Assembly (NCBI GenBank): GCA_051453625.1
Contig: JBOZIK010000001.1
Coordinates: forward strand, 45,591,728 to 45,630,656
Source of the DNA: Welwitschia mirabilis
Lineage: Eukaryota
Reading direction: 5' to 3'
DNA length: 38,929 nt
Under the pieces are notes generated by a model. The model was given only the letters and a program-made list of their open reading frames with translations, searched no databases and was not told where the DNA came from. Positions within the stretch are counted from its first letter, which is position 1; each line of letters starts with the position of its first letter. The translations under genes and the position numbers were made by a program. Positions 1-11,470 of the stretch are shown here, piece after piece.

Positions 1-134
1 TCAATAGAGCTCTACATTGCTTCTCATGGACATAGGATAAAAAGAGCCCAAACCACATAAATTTGTGGTGTTTCTCTTGTGTGCCTGTTGTTCCATTTTG
101 TTGAAGTACTTTCTTATTGTTGGGATTTGTAACA
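1..134 (+). mobile_element. 3' end (R/U5) of a copia-like LTR inserted into the integrase of the next copia element
   Basis: Sequence ggacatagg...ccaaaccacataaatttgtggtg resembles the copia U5 motif ggacgtagg...gaaccacgtaaat. It ends in ...gtaACA at 134. No PBS follows, and integrase coding sequence resumes at ~141. Confidence 0.45.
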
Positions 135-140
135 GCTGTT

Positions 141-2099
141 ACACCTTATGAAAAATGTTATGGTCATTCTCCAAATATATCTCATTTCCAAACATTTGGA
201 TGCACTTGATATGTTTTAAACAAAGGGATGAATTTTGGAAAANNNNNNNNNNTTATGATTTGACTGACAAAAATGTGGTTGTGTTTGATAGTGTAACATT
301 TCATGAAAACGAATTTATTAATTTTGTGAGAGAATCAGCTAAACATGCAAAATCTATAGTTTTTGATGAAGCTTCTAATGATATTGAGCCCCAACATGAT
401 GAATCACAATCTTCTGAAAAAGAGAATGGAATTGACAATTAGCAAACAGTAGTGCATAATTCAGATCCTGCTATTCAAGGTAACAAAGATAAAAGCAGTC
501 CAATTTTTTCACGAGTTGCCCTAAACAATATCTTATCAACAAAAAGAAGGCAAACTACTTTGTTTTCTGAAGTTGAACCAAGAAATTATAGAGAAACATC
601 TCTAAATGAAAGCTTGATCAATGCGATGGAGGAAGAATTACTAATAATTGAGAAGAATCTGACATGGGAACTTTGTGAACTACTAGTAGGTAAAATTGCA
701 ATCAGTTTAAAATGGGTTTTTAGAATTAAAACAAATGCAGATGGATCTTTGAATAAGTATACACTAGATTGGTTATTTTGGGTTATCAGCAACAAGAAGG
801 AAATGATTATTTTGAGACATTTTCACCTATTACTAGAATGGAAATAGGTAGAATTTTCATTGCAATTGCCGCACAAAGGAAGTGGCCAATCTGGCAAATG
901 GATGGCAAATCAGCATTTTTGAATGGTTACTTGCAAGAAGAAGTATATGTGAAACAACTTTCTAGCTTTGGAATCATAGGTAAAGAAAATTGTGTTTTTC
1001 AACTGAAAAAGGTTTTATATGGTTTAAAACAAGCACCACAAGCTTGGTATGAACGTTTAGATGCATATCTATTAAAAAACCGATTTCAGAAATGTTTGGC
1101 AGAAGGAACCTTATACAGACTAGAAAAAAGGAGTGATTTATTGTTGCTTTTGTTTCATGTCGAAGACATGATATTTTGCAATAATTCATATCATTTGATT
1201 GCTTCATTTAAGAAAGCCATGAAGTCTGAATTTGAAATGACTAGTCTCGGTTTGCTAAATTACTTTTTGGGGATTGAAGTTCATCAAGGTAAACATTTTA
1301 CCACATTGTCTCAATATAACTATGCTGGTGAATTACTGAAGAAAATAAACATGCAAAATTGCAAACCTAGTAATGTGCCTATGTCTCCTAATTTGAGGAT
1401 TAGTAAAGATATTGTTAGTCCAAATTTTGATGGCACAAAATACAGATCTACAGTTGGTTCTTTACTTTGTTTGATAGCCACTCGTCCAAATATTCAATAT
1501 GCAGTTGGTGTTGTTGCTCAATTCTTGGAATTTGGTTAATAAAAATATTGAGATATGTTGCTGGTAGTCTGCATTTTGGCTTATTGTATGGTAAACAAGA
1601 GTCACCTACCTTTCATGCCTACTATGATGCTGACTGAGAAGGTTTCCCAAATATTTTTAAAAGTACAACTGGTAGTGCATTCATGATTGGATGATTTTTT
1701 ATTACTTCGCTCTCTAAGAAGCAAAGTTTGGTTTCTCAATCTACTGCTGAATCTGAATATGTTGCAATGGCAGCTATAGTTCAATAGATCATGTGGCTTG
1801 TTAAATTGTTTCGTGATTTGAAATTTAAAATTTTCCCTCCAACTCCTATTTATAGTGACAGTAAAAGTGCAGTTTCTATTGCCCTAAATCCAACTATGCA
1901 TTAAAGAACTCAACACTTTGGTTTGAGATATCATTTTATTCATGATGTTGTTGCTAATGGTCAAATCAAAATTCTATTTGTTCAAGGCACAAATCAGTTT
2001 GCTGACATCTTCACCAAATCTCTCCCAACTAGAAGGTTCAAATTCATGCTACATTGTTTAAAAATACTTGACATTAGTGTCAAGGGGAAGAAAACATAA
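141..2099 (+). pseudogene. copia pol pseudogene (integrase C-terminus, reverse transcriptase, RNase H)
   Basis: INT end: TPYEKCYGHSPNISHFQTFGC and YDLTDKNVVVFDSVTFHE. RT: EPRNY...AMEEE...TWEL...KWVFRIK, QMDGKSAFLNG, LYGLKQAP, with YVDD mutated to HVED. RNase H: KKQSLVSQSTAESEY, YSDSKSA, NQFADIFTK. Frameshifts and stops are present. Confidence 0.92.
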
Positions 2100-2155
2100 T
2101 TTATAAAGATGTCCTAATCAGCAATGCTCTCCAGCTGGTTAGTGACCCTAATATC

Positions 2156-2164
2156 AAGGGGAAA
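2156..2164 (+). other. polypurine tract of the copia element
   Basis: aaggggaaa, 3 nt before the TGTTG LTR start. Confidence 0.75.
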
Positions 2165-2167
2165 TTT

Positions 2168-2368
2168 TGTTGCATCTTGACTTAGTTCAATGTGTGACAT
2201 TAGGTTCACTCCTTAGTTTTTCCTATATTAGTTAGGGCTTTTTTGCCCCCCATCCTATCACATCATATATATTTACCATGTAGTTTTTAATTTCCTCCCA
2301 TAAAATTAAACCTTAGTTTAGGATTGGGTTCTTTTTTATCCTTTGTAACTTTACCCGAGCTTCCAACA
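2168..2368 (+). repeat. 3' LTR of the copia element (~201 bp)
   Basis: Starts TGTTG after the PPT and ends gcttcCAACA (terminal inverted repeat). Contains a TATA-like tatatatat. Confidence 0.7.
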
Positions 2369-2467
2369 ACTCTTTTGGGTTAAGTCAAAAACATCAAAAG
2401 GAGAGGTTAATTTAAACTTCACACATTTTTTAGTTAGTTTTTACTACAGGTGCCCAAGCCACCTTCC

Positions 2468-2469
<2 letters not shown>

Positions 2470-2511
<42 letters not shown>
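2470..2511. repeat. (CT)n microsatellite
   Basis: About 21 perfect CT units, flanked by a 12-bp direct repeat ctacaggtgccc at 2444 and 2530. Confidence 0.97.
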
Positions 2512-2517
<6 letters not shown>

Positions 2518-4019
2518 ATACAAACAAACCTACAGGTGCCCTCTTTCTCATCGTGTTCTCTATAGNNNNNNNNNNNNNNNNNNNNGAAAATTCTTTGAGC
2601 AAGGCAAGGCATCATCACTAGGCATCACTGATACAGGAATTGCTTTGAAAATCCCTTCTTCAGTGACTTTGGCATGGATCCCCATCTGCACGGAGAAAAG
2701 GCCACTACAAAATAGGCAAATTGCAAGTTCAAACAAGAAGCAAAGGCCAAACCCTCCTTAGTTTCCAGATCGATGGCACTCCAAAAATAAAGAACAGATA
2801 GCCATGCAACTCAAGAACCCTTTCATGCAAATGAATACAAGAATGACAAAACACTGCCCATACTTCTATCTCCAACATCAAAATATGGTTCTAAATTGTG
2901 TTCTCCCAGCTAAAAATTCAGAATTCCTAATGCACAGCAAAGAAAAATTCTGTGCAAAAGGGGATCACCACAGGAAGCTCCTCGCTGACGCACCAGTATC
3001 TACCAAACAGGGTCACAGTAAGAAAAATCACGATTTTAGCAAGCACTAAGGACAACTTCAGCCTAAAGATAGATTTTTCTTAGCACCATCTACGCAAATT
3101 TGATGGATTCAATGTTTGACTATGTGCTTTGCTGGCAACGAACCACCATATCATGTGATTTGTTGATTTTTAGCTTTAAATTGACACCACACAAAACTCC
3201 ACATCTCTGATTTCCTTTCTTAGTCAATTCTATTTAAGAATGTTTGTCTGATCCTTAAATTTGTAAGCTCCTTACCTGTTTTATGTGTCATTGTAAGGAT
3301 AGTTAATTGTATTTTAAACCCCAAGATTGTAAATTTTGAGGGCATGAGTATCAAAAACGCCCTGTGCATTCCATTGATCCTCTCTTCTTGCTGAACAAGC
3401 ATGCACTTAAATCTTTGAGATTGGCAGCCCATCTGCTGCTTCATGAAGTTGATTCTTGTGTGAAGAATTGAAGGATATTTGATGAAGTGATTCACTCTTG
3501 AGATAAAATACACAAACACGATTCTTTGAGTTGAGTTTATTGCAAAAAGAATATTTATTTATTTCTGTACTCTGCTTGTATTTTCACATTTTGAAATATG
3601 TTCTGTCTTTTCAATGATTAGTCTTTCAATGACCAGTGCAGTTTTGAATGGAGAAAACTGTGATCTAAATATTTTGTTCCATTCATTATGTTCTATATTG
3701 AATTCCCTTGTGCAGTAATTTTGAGTGAGATATCATTAAAGACATGCTTTGGGTGTTAAAGGAAAGGAATTGAAATGTGTAAGGCATAGGATTTGAGGTT
3801 TTGAGTCATGCAGGTGATGTGAGTGAAAGCAGTGTTTTGTTATTCTACCTATAATGTTTGAAGCTATACTTGAGAAGAGCTATGTGGCATGCGTGTTTGA
3901 ATTCCAAAAACAATTTCAAATAATGTTCCTTTTCAGACTGTTCTAAAACATTTGGGTTTGGATTTCATTAATTGGTTGAAGTAAAATAATCTTTACTGAC
4001 TAATCCAACGATTAGTTTT

Positions 4020-4414
4020 GGTCCTTAGGCCACCATTGTCTCTTCATTCTAAAGACCCCTCCCCTCCATCTTCCTTCGGCCTCTCGCTCCAGTCCTCCTT
4101 CACAGAATCCAGTTCCCCTAGTCTCCTGCATAGCCCTTTTTCAGTCAGTATCCTCCCTAAGTTGTTTCACCCTCAGACGGGTAGTTGTCAGATAAAATTA
4201 TCCTTCTTCAACTCCCTGTCCAGCTTTCGTCACCAAGGGCGTGATCATTTAGTTCCCATCATTACTCCAACTTCAGAAGAGTCCTAAAGTTGCATTAAAT
4301 CCTTAGGGCACACCAAAATCAAGTAAGCCTATCCACGACATTACACCACGACACGAGTACTAGCCCAGGGATCTTAACTGGTACCTAATTTCCTACGGAA
4401 AAGAATTTACATCA
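4020..4414 (+). repeat. 5' LTR remnant of the Tat element (truncated, internally deleted)
   Basis: 4021-4052 matches ~12482-12510. 4053-4366 matches ~20715-21027. 4367-4414 matches pieces of 21274-21389. Confidence 0.8.
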
Positions 4415-4426
4415 TGAAGTTTTTTC

Positions 4427-4443
4427 TGGCACTTGAAGGAGGG
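4427..4443 (+). other. putative primer-binding site of the Tat element
   Basis: tggcacttgaaggaggg follows a T-rich spacer downstream of the LTR CA end and resembles the tggcgctagaaggaggg PBS type recalled from Tat elements. Confidence 0.55.
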
Positions 4444-4810
4444 CATGAATAGCTATACTAGCTTATCGTTATAGAACTTCTCAGCAAAAGAAGAAGAAGG
4501 CTCTTGATGAATCGCTTCAAGACTTCCTTCCTAAAGGTTCATCATCCAAAGAGTCTTCCATTAAAATCTCATTTTCTATCCCATCGCCATCTCCAGTTAC
4601 ATGTTCTTGACCCAAGACCCCTATTTCCCCTCTTCCTATATCTGTTACAGGTAGCCTAGCCACTCTAATTCATCCTATTCACTACCTTGCCCCCTGGAAT
4701 ATCCCAATGGCCAATCTGCAACTTGCCTATATTAGAACAATTTCCCTAACTATAATCCTCTCCCCGTTGAGCATAATAAATTTGTACAAACTTGGAGTCT
4801 CCATGCCTCC

Positions 4811-5260
4811 TTGGCCCCTAAAGATGACATTACAACCTTCACAAAAGGACCCTGTTTCTTGGGAGTCAATCAGGATGATGTAGCCTGCCAACTGTTCCTC
4901 TTCTACCTCAAAGGGGAGGCTGAGCTTTGGTATCTACGTCTTCCTCCCAACTCCATCAACTCCTCGAATGAGCTTATCCAGGTCTTTCTTCACCAATTTG
5001 GAGCATAAAGGGACCCAAAGACCTTGTACCAGTATTTTGCCACCATCAAGAAGGAGCATACAAAGATTGTTCGGGCTTTCAACAGCAGATTCCAAGTCAT
5101 CTATGACCAACTTCCGATTCAATACAAACTATCTACCTCCCAGGTCATGGTCGTGCAGAAGGCGGCCTTAGATGGCATGGCCTGTTTCTTCCTAAAGCAA
5201 AGACCTAACCTTAGTGACCTTTAGGACCTCATAAATGAAGCCATCTGCTTGGAAAGGTTA
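4811..5260 (+). pseudogene. Tat gag (Retrotrans_gag core)
   Basis: DDVACQLFLFYLKGEAELWYLRLPPNSINSSNELIQVFLHQF*...FATIKKEHTKIVRAFNSRFQVIY, with internal stops. Confidence 0.85.
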
Positions 5261-5468
5261 ATGCCCATCATACCTTCTGGACGTCCTAATCTTATTTAGC
5301 TCCTACATTCAGACCTCCCTTCTTACCGTTAGCTAGAACTTGTTTGATTTGGGTATCATAGGGAANNNNNNNNNNNNNNNNNNNNNNNNNNNNNNNNNNN
5401 NNNNNNNNNNNNNNNNNNNNNNNNNNNNNNNNNNNNNNNNNNNNNNNNNNNNNNNNNNNNNNNNNCCA

Positions 5469-5755
5469 AGGAATAAGTTGTTTGTGGCCCATTTGTCCTT
5501 AGACCATTAAGATAGAGACTCCTCTAAAGATTAATGTGGCTGAGTTGGAAGCTAAGACCACCATTTTACAACGAAGAAGAAAGTACCTCCCTTCCTTATT
5601 ACATTAAGGATATTTGGAAACAATGTCCCTGACTGCCTTATAGACTCAAAAGCCTTGGCCAACACCCTCCCCTTTGAAGTTTGCAAAATAATTAAGACCC
5701 TTTGAATGCCTATATCTTCTCTGATTACCCCCACATATGGCTTCCCTAGAAAGGA
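5469..5755 (+). repeat. gap-flanked near-identical copy of 6926-7213 (protease region)
   Basis: Direct sequence match with a few substitutions, bounded on both sides by ~100-N gaps. Confidence 0.9.
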
Positions 5756-7040
5756 NNNNNNNNNNNNNNNNNNNNNNNNNNNNNNNNNNNNNNNNNNNNN
5801 NNNNNNNNNNNNNNNNNNNNNNNNNNNNNNNNNNNNNNNNNNNNNNNNNNNNNNNTTCATCTTTATTTCAACATTTTTGAAATCCCTAACTATTATATTT
5901 TAGAAACTTATCCTTGTATTTTAACCTCCACCTAACATCAGTCCTCTCCCCATCTCTAATCCTTTTAATCCTCGTAACCCCTGTTTGTCCTGGCCTCCAC
6001 AATTGCCACCACCCACCACCACTTCTTCACAAACCTTTTTCTTTCTCTCTCTTCCTTCTGCTCTTGTACTTGACCCTCAATATTCATCTTAATCTCCTCT
6101 TTCTCACCGACCTCTAAATCCCATCCTAGCTCACCAGAATAAATCTTCCAAGAATGAAGTTGTTTCCAATTCTGAGAGTACTTCAGAGATGGAACCACTT
6201 GGAAGGATGTTGAGAAAGTTGATGTAGAACATGGACCATTTGAAGATTTCTTAATAAAGCAAAGCATAGCCATAGGATGAAAGAGTAGGAGGAAAGTAGA
6301 ATCCTAACCTTTCTCGAGATCCTAAGCAGCCTTGAGGTTAGAGCAATAAAGAAGATTCAATTTGGTAAATACTCAAGACTTCTACCCATTCCATAATATG
6401 ACCAATCATCCTAAGGGTAACTGCCAGGATATAACCTCAAGATGTAGGAGATCATCAAGGTATAACATCACTCTTCCTCTTCCTCCCACTAAGAAAGAAC
6501 CTCTCACTTTGAGATTGCAGACCCTATAGGAGAAGTCAATGCGGTAATCCCAAATGAAAGTGAAAATGAGCTGCTTCACCCCCTCGAGGATGCTACAGTC
6601 CTATAGACATCTATCTATACCAAGAAGCCTAGGGCTCTCAATAAAGAAGCCATGGAACTCAAACCTAACCCTAGTTCTAATAAGAGTAAAGGAAGAAGGA
6701 GTACCTGACCACCTCTAGGAATCCTACTCCACCAAACCAAAATGCCACTAATGTGGCCCCTCTTTCTTCTATGGATGACAGATGCCAGACCTCGGTTCCT
6801 AAGATTTCCAAGCTGCAAGGAGAAGAAAGGAAGAGAGCTACTCTTTCCTATCATGGGTTGAGGACTTGAAGAAGTGTAAAGCCAACCTTTCCATCTTCCA
6901 TGTCCTACAACTCAACCTGGGTCAGAGGAATAAGTTGTTTGTGGCCCATTTGTCCTTAGACCATTAAGATAGAGACTCCTCTAAAGATTAATGTAGCTGA
7001 GTTGGAAGCCAAGGCCACCATCTTTACAGCGAAGAAGAAA

Positions 7041-7200
7041 GTACCTCCCTTCCTTATTACATTAAGGATATTTGGCAACAATGTCCCTGACTGCCTTATA
7101 GACTCAAAAGCCTCAGCCAACACCCTCCCCTTTGAAGTTTGCAAAACGATTAAGACCCTTTGAATGCCTATATCTTCTCTGATTACCCCCACATATGGCT
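7041..7200 (+). pseudogene. Tat aspartic protease remnant
   Basis: VPPFLITLRIFGNNVPDCLIDSKASANTLP, where DSKAS is a decayed DSGAS active site. Confidence 0.8.
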
Positions 7201-7332
7201 TCCCTAGAAAGGAGTTCCTAACCAGACCCAAATAGAAAAAGAGTCCTACCTAAAATACAATGTGGCAGTATATGGAGCAGAAGTAGCTAATCTAGAAGAT
7301 ATTTTCCTTTCTAAGCATCTCCCAACCAAACT

Positions 7333-7700
7333 TGGTCTATCTTCTTTGATGAGGCTCCCAATGTCAAAGGAAAAGGAGTAGGCATGGTGTTGCAACCACC
7401 AGACGAACTATCTCTCAAGAGAGATTTTAGGTTATAATTTTCATCCTCCAACAAGGCTACTGAGTATGAGGCCCTTGTCCAAGCCTTGAAGCTAGCTCTG
7501 GTGATGAAAGTGAAGAAAGCCCAAATTTATGGAAATTCAAAGCTAGTCATCACCTAGATCAAAGGAGACTACCAGGCCCACAAACCCGCTTCTGAAGGAA
7601 TATAAGGAGAGTTTTGGATCTTCTAGACCAATTTGAAGAGTGCTCCCTCTCCTAGATTTCAAGAAAGAAGAATTTGTTGGCTGGTAAAGTTACAGCATCC
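7333..7700 (+). pseudogene. additional (archaeal-type) RNase HI domain (aRH), located between PR and RT
   Basis: WSIFFDEAPNVKGKGVGMVL...SSNKATEYEALVQALKLA...IYGNSKLVIT*IKGDY...ISRKKNLLAG matches the FDGA / NNxAEYEAL / GDSxLV / RxxNxxAD motifs. Confidence 0.9.
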
Positions 7701-8130
7701 ACCACAGTGGGAGCAGCCATCAATGACCTCGAACTCACAGATCCTCAAATCCTCCCTCTATCAGAAAGGTCAGTCCTAGATAACGTTAAGCAATTTCAAG
7801 TCTTTAAGGGAGACAATCAGATCCTCCACTTCACAACCAGGAGGAGTTCAAAAAACAATCCACAGGTGAAAAAGAAGACTCGGAGAAGGATGGCCATTTC
7901 ATGGAAGACATAGTCCTCTAGCTTTGCTACAACAAGATCTCAGCCAAATTCATTTAGCTAGACAGGTTTTTCACATAGAGTTGGATCTTCCTTTCCTACC
8001 CAAATGCTTAGATAGGAAGATAGAAAAAGTGAACCTAAATTCTCCACAATAATCCAAGATCATCAAGATCGAGAAAATTTGCAACCCCTAAAAAAGGAAT
8101 ATCATCCTGGCTCTTTGTCAAGAGCTCAAG

Positions 8131-9406
8131 GATGTCTTTGCTTGATCGTATGAAGGTCTCAAAGGATTCAACTTGGACATTCTCAAACATACCATAACAC
8201 TCAAGGAGAATATCGACCCCTTCACTAGAAGCAAAGAAGAGTGAACCCAGTTTTAGAGCCTCTAATCAGAAAAGAGCTAAGCAAGCTCCTCCAGCTAAGA
8301 ATCACTTACCCCATCAAGCACACCATCCAGATGGCTAACCTAGGCCCTATCAAAAAGAAAACTAGCCAGATCAGGAATTTGAGCAATGCCTCTCTGAAAG
8401 ACGATTATCTGACTCCCACCATGGATGAGATCTTGGAGAAGGTATCTCGAGCTAGGATGTTCTCTTTTCTGGATGGTTTCTCCAGATACAATCAGATTCA
8501 AGTTGCAAGCCCTAATAAAATTAAAATAACTTTGACCACCAAATGAGGAACCTACACCTATAAGAGAATGCCATTTGGACTAATCAATTTAGAAGCCACT
8601 TTCCAAAGAATGACTGAGCACACCCTAGCAAGATTGATTGGGAAGTGTGTCGTTGTCTACTTAGATGACATCACTATCTACTCAGGTAGGAGGGCTGACC
8701 CATGTTACAAATTTAAGAAAGATGTGCCAGTGGTTTAGGAAGTCTGGGGTCTCCCTCAATCCAAAGAAAAGCATCATTGTTGTCTCTTCCGATAAGTTGT
8801 TGGGTTACCTAGTCTCAGATCAGGGCATGGGAATAGACCCTAAGAGAATTCAAGCTATTCAGAAGATCCCTCTACCCAAGTCCCTTAAAGAGCTCCATTC
8901 TTCCATGAAGAAAATCAGCTTGGTTCAGTATTTCATTTCTAGATTTGCAAACATAGTAACCCCCGTCATGCCACTTTTAAAGAAAGATGCCCCATTGTAT
9001 GGACTCCCAAAGTAAAGAAGGCTTTTGAGTTGATCAAGAAAGTGATAGTTGTCTTACCCCTGCTTGGTCTGCCCAGACTTTACCATGGAATTCTATATCT
9101 ATGCCTATGCCTCAAATGCTGCAGCAACAGTTGTCCTCACCTAGCATTTCACAAACCTAAAAGATGGGTATGGGGAGTGCCCAGTCTCCTCTACGAGCAA
9201 AAAATTCAAGGATGCAGAGCTATCATATCACCACTTGGAATAACAAGTCATTGCCCTTGTGAAAACTCTCAAAATGTTTCGTCACTACATCCTGTGAACC
9301 AAGGTACGGGGCAAAGTAACGTAGCCAATAGCCACGAGCCTCCTAGAAGAGACAGACACCAACCTTAGAAGAGTGAAGTAGATCTCCAAGCTACAAAAAT
9401 ATGACC
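8131..9406 (+). pseudogene. Tat reverse transcriptase and native RNase H (copy 1)
   Basis: RT: DVFA*SYEGLKG...FSFLDGFSRYNQI...YKRMPFGL...VYLDD (8658-8669)...LNPKKS...LLGYLVS...DPKRIQAI. RH region: FYIYAYAS...YSPLE. Confidence 0.92.
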
Positions 9407-9506
9407 NNNNNNNNNNNNNNNNNNNNNNNNNNNNNNNNNNNNNNNNNNNNNNNNNNNNNNNNNNNNNNNNNNNNNNNNNNNNNNNNNNNNNNNNNNNNNN
9501 NNNNNN

Positions 9507-10848
9507 TCAAGATCGAGAAAATTTGCAACCCCTAAAAAAGGAATATCATCCTGGCTCTTTGTCAAGAGTTCAAGGATGTCTTTGCTTGATCGTATGAAGG
9601 TCTCAAAGGATTCAACTTGGACATTCTCAAACATAACATAACACTCAAGGAGAATATCGACCCCTTCACTAGAAGCAAAAAAGATTGAACCCAGTTTTAG
9701 AGCCTCTAATCAGAAAAGAGCTAAGCAAGCTCCTCCAAGTAAGATCACTTACCCCATCAAGCACACCATCTAGGTGGCTAACCTAGGCCCTATCAAAAAG
9801 AAAGCTGGCCAGATCAGGAATTTGAGCAATGCCTCTCTAAAAGACAATTATCTGACTCCCACCATGGATGAGATCTTGGAGAAGGTATCTCGAGCTAGGA
9901 CGTTCTCTTTTCTGGATGGTTTCTCCAGATACAATCAGATTTAAGTTGCAAGCTCTAATAAAATTAAAATAACTTTGATCACCAAATGAGGAACCTACAC
10001 CTATAAGAGAATGCCATTTGGACTAATCAATGTAGAAGCCACTTTCCAAAGAATGACAGAGCACACCCTAGCAAGATTGATTGGGAAGTGTGTCATTGTC
10101 TACTTAGATGACATCACTATCTACTCAGGTAGGAGGGCTGACCATGTTACAGATTTAAGAAAGATGTGCCAGTGATTTAGGAAGTATGGGGTCTCCCTCA
10201 ATCCAAAGAAAAGCATCATTGTTGTCTCTTCAGACAAGTTGTTGGGTTATCTAGTCTTAGATCAGGGCATGGGAATAGACGCTAAGAGAATTCAAGCTAT
10301 TTAGAAGATCCCTCTACCCAAGTCCCTTAAAGAGCTCCATTCTTGCATGAAGAAAATCAGCTTGGTTCAGTATTTCATTCCTAGATTTGCAAACATAGTA
10401 AACCCCGTCATACCACTTTTAAAGAAAGATGCCCCATTGTATGGACTCCCAAAGCAAAGAAGGCTTTTGAGTTGATCAAGAAAGTGATAGTTATCTTACC
10501 CCTGCTTGGTCTGCCCAGACTTTACCATGGAATTCTATATCTATGCCTATGCCTCAAATGCTGCAACAACAGTTGTCCTCACCTAGCGTTTCACAAACCT
10601 AAAAGATGGGTATGGGGAGTGCCCAGTCTCCTCTATGAGCAAAAAATTCAAGGATGCAGAGTTGTCATATTACCACTTGGAATAACAAGTCATTGCCCTT
10701 GTGAAAACTCTCAAAATGTTCCGTCACTACATCCTGTGAACCAAGGTACGGGGCAAAGTAATGTAGCCAACAGCCACGAGCCTCCTAGAAGAGACAGACA
10801 CCAACCTTAGAAGAGTGAAGTAGATCTCCAAGCTACAAAAATATGACC
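9507..10848 (+). repeat. second copy of the RT/RH segment 8063-9406
   Basis: Roughly 45 differences over ~1.34 kb by manual count (~96-97% identity). Shares the same stops and is separated from copy 1 by a 100-N gap. Confidence 0.92.
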
Positions 10849-10959
10849 CACAATTGGTACCAACCAAGTTGGTTAGAGGAATGGGTTTGGCCAAAAACAT
10901 GCTAGAAGCCTGCTCGAAAGAAGCTCAAGCTATATAGTCCTCTCCTTTCCCCGCTCTCA

Positions 10960-11470
10960 ATAATCCATGGTATAGGGACATTCACCTCTTCCTTTCAAAA
11001 TGGATCTCTCCTGAGAATGCCTCGGTGTCCTTCAAGAAAGTTTTTAGAGCCTAAACAGCCTAGTTCCTGATCAAGAAGGGACTTTTGCTTGAAAAGAACT
11101 ATGGTGAAGTATATCTAATATGTGTTACCAGATATGGGGTGTAGGAGCTATTATAGGAATTCCATGAGAAGATTGATAAAGGAAACACCTCAACCTCACT
11201 TTTGGCAGCCCAAATCATGAGCAAGATACGATTGGCCTATTATGGCTAAGGACGCCTCTGACCATGTCCATTCTTGTGATATCTACCAAAGCTTTTCCTC
11301 TTAAGACTGCAATCCAGCTCTGCCTCTACTCCCTGTCTTTGAAACTAGACTATTCAGAAAGTGGGCCTTAGATTTCATTGGCAATATCCACCAAACTTCT
11401 TCTGCAAGACACTCCTTCAACTTTACTACCATTGACTACTGCACTTATTTGATGAAAGTGTTGGAAATGA
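10960..11470 (+). pseudogene. Tat integrase N-terminal part (zinc-binding region and start of core), truncated
   Basis: NPWYRDIHLFL...EFHEK...LLAAQIM...HVHSCD...FRKWALDFIGNIHQTSSARHSF...TIDYCT. No aRH lies between RH and INT. Confidence 0.82.

Larger units (their letters stand above)
135..2368 (+). mobile_element. Ty1/copia LTR retrotransposon, 3' half (INT end, RT, RNase H, PPT, 3' LTR), decayed
   Basis: Domains are in copia order INT-RT-RH, followed by a PPT and a short LTR bounded by TGTTG...CAACA. Confidence 0.92.

Noticed and set aside
3292..3588. Possible small solo LTR TGTAAGG...TTTCACA
   Set aside because: No matching TSD and no second copy in the window.
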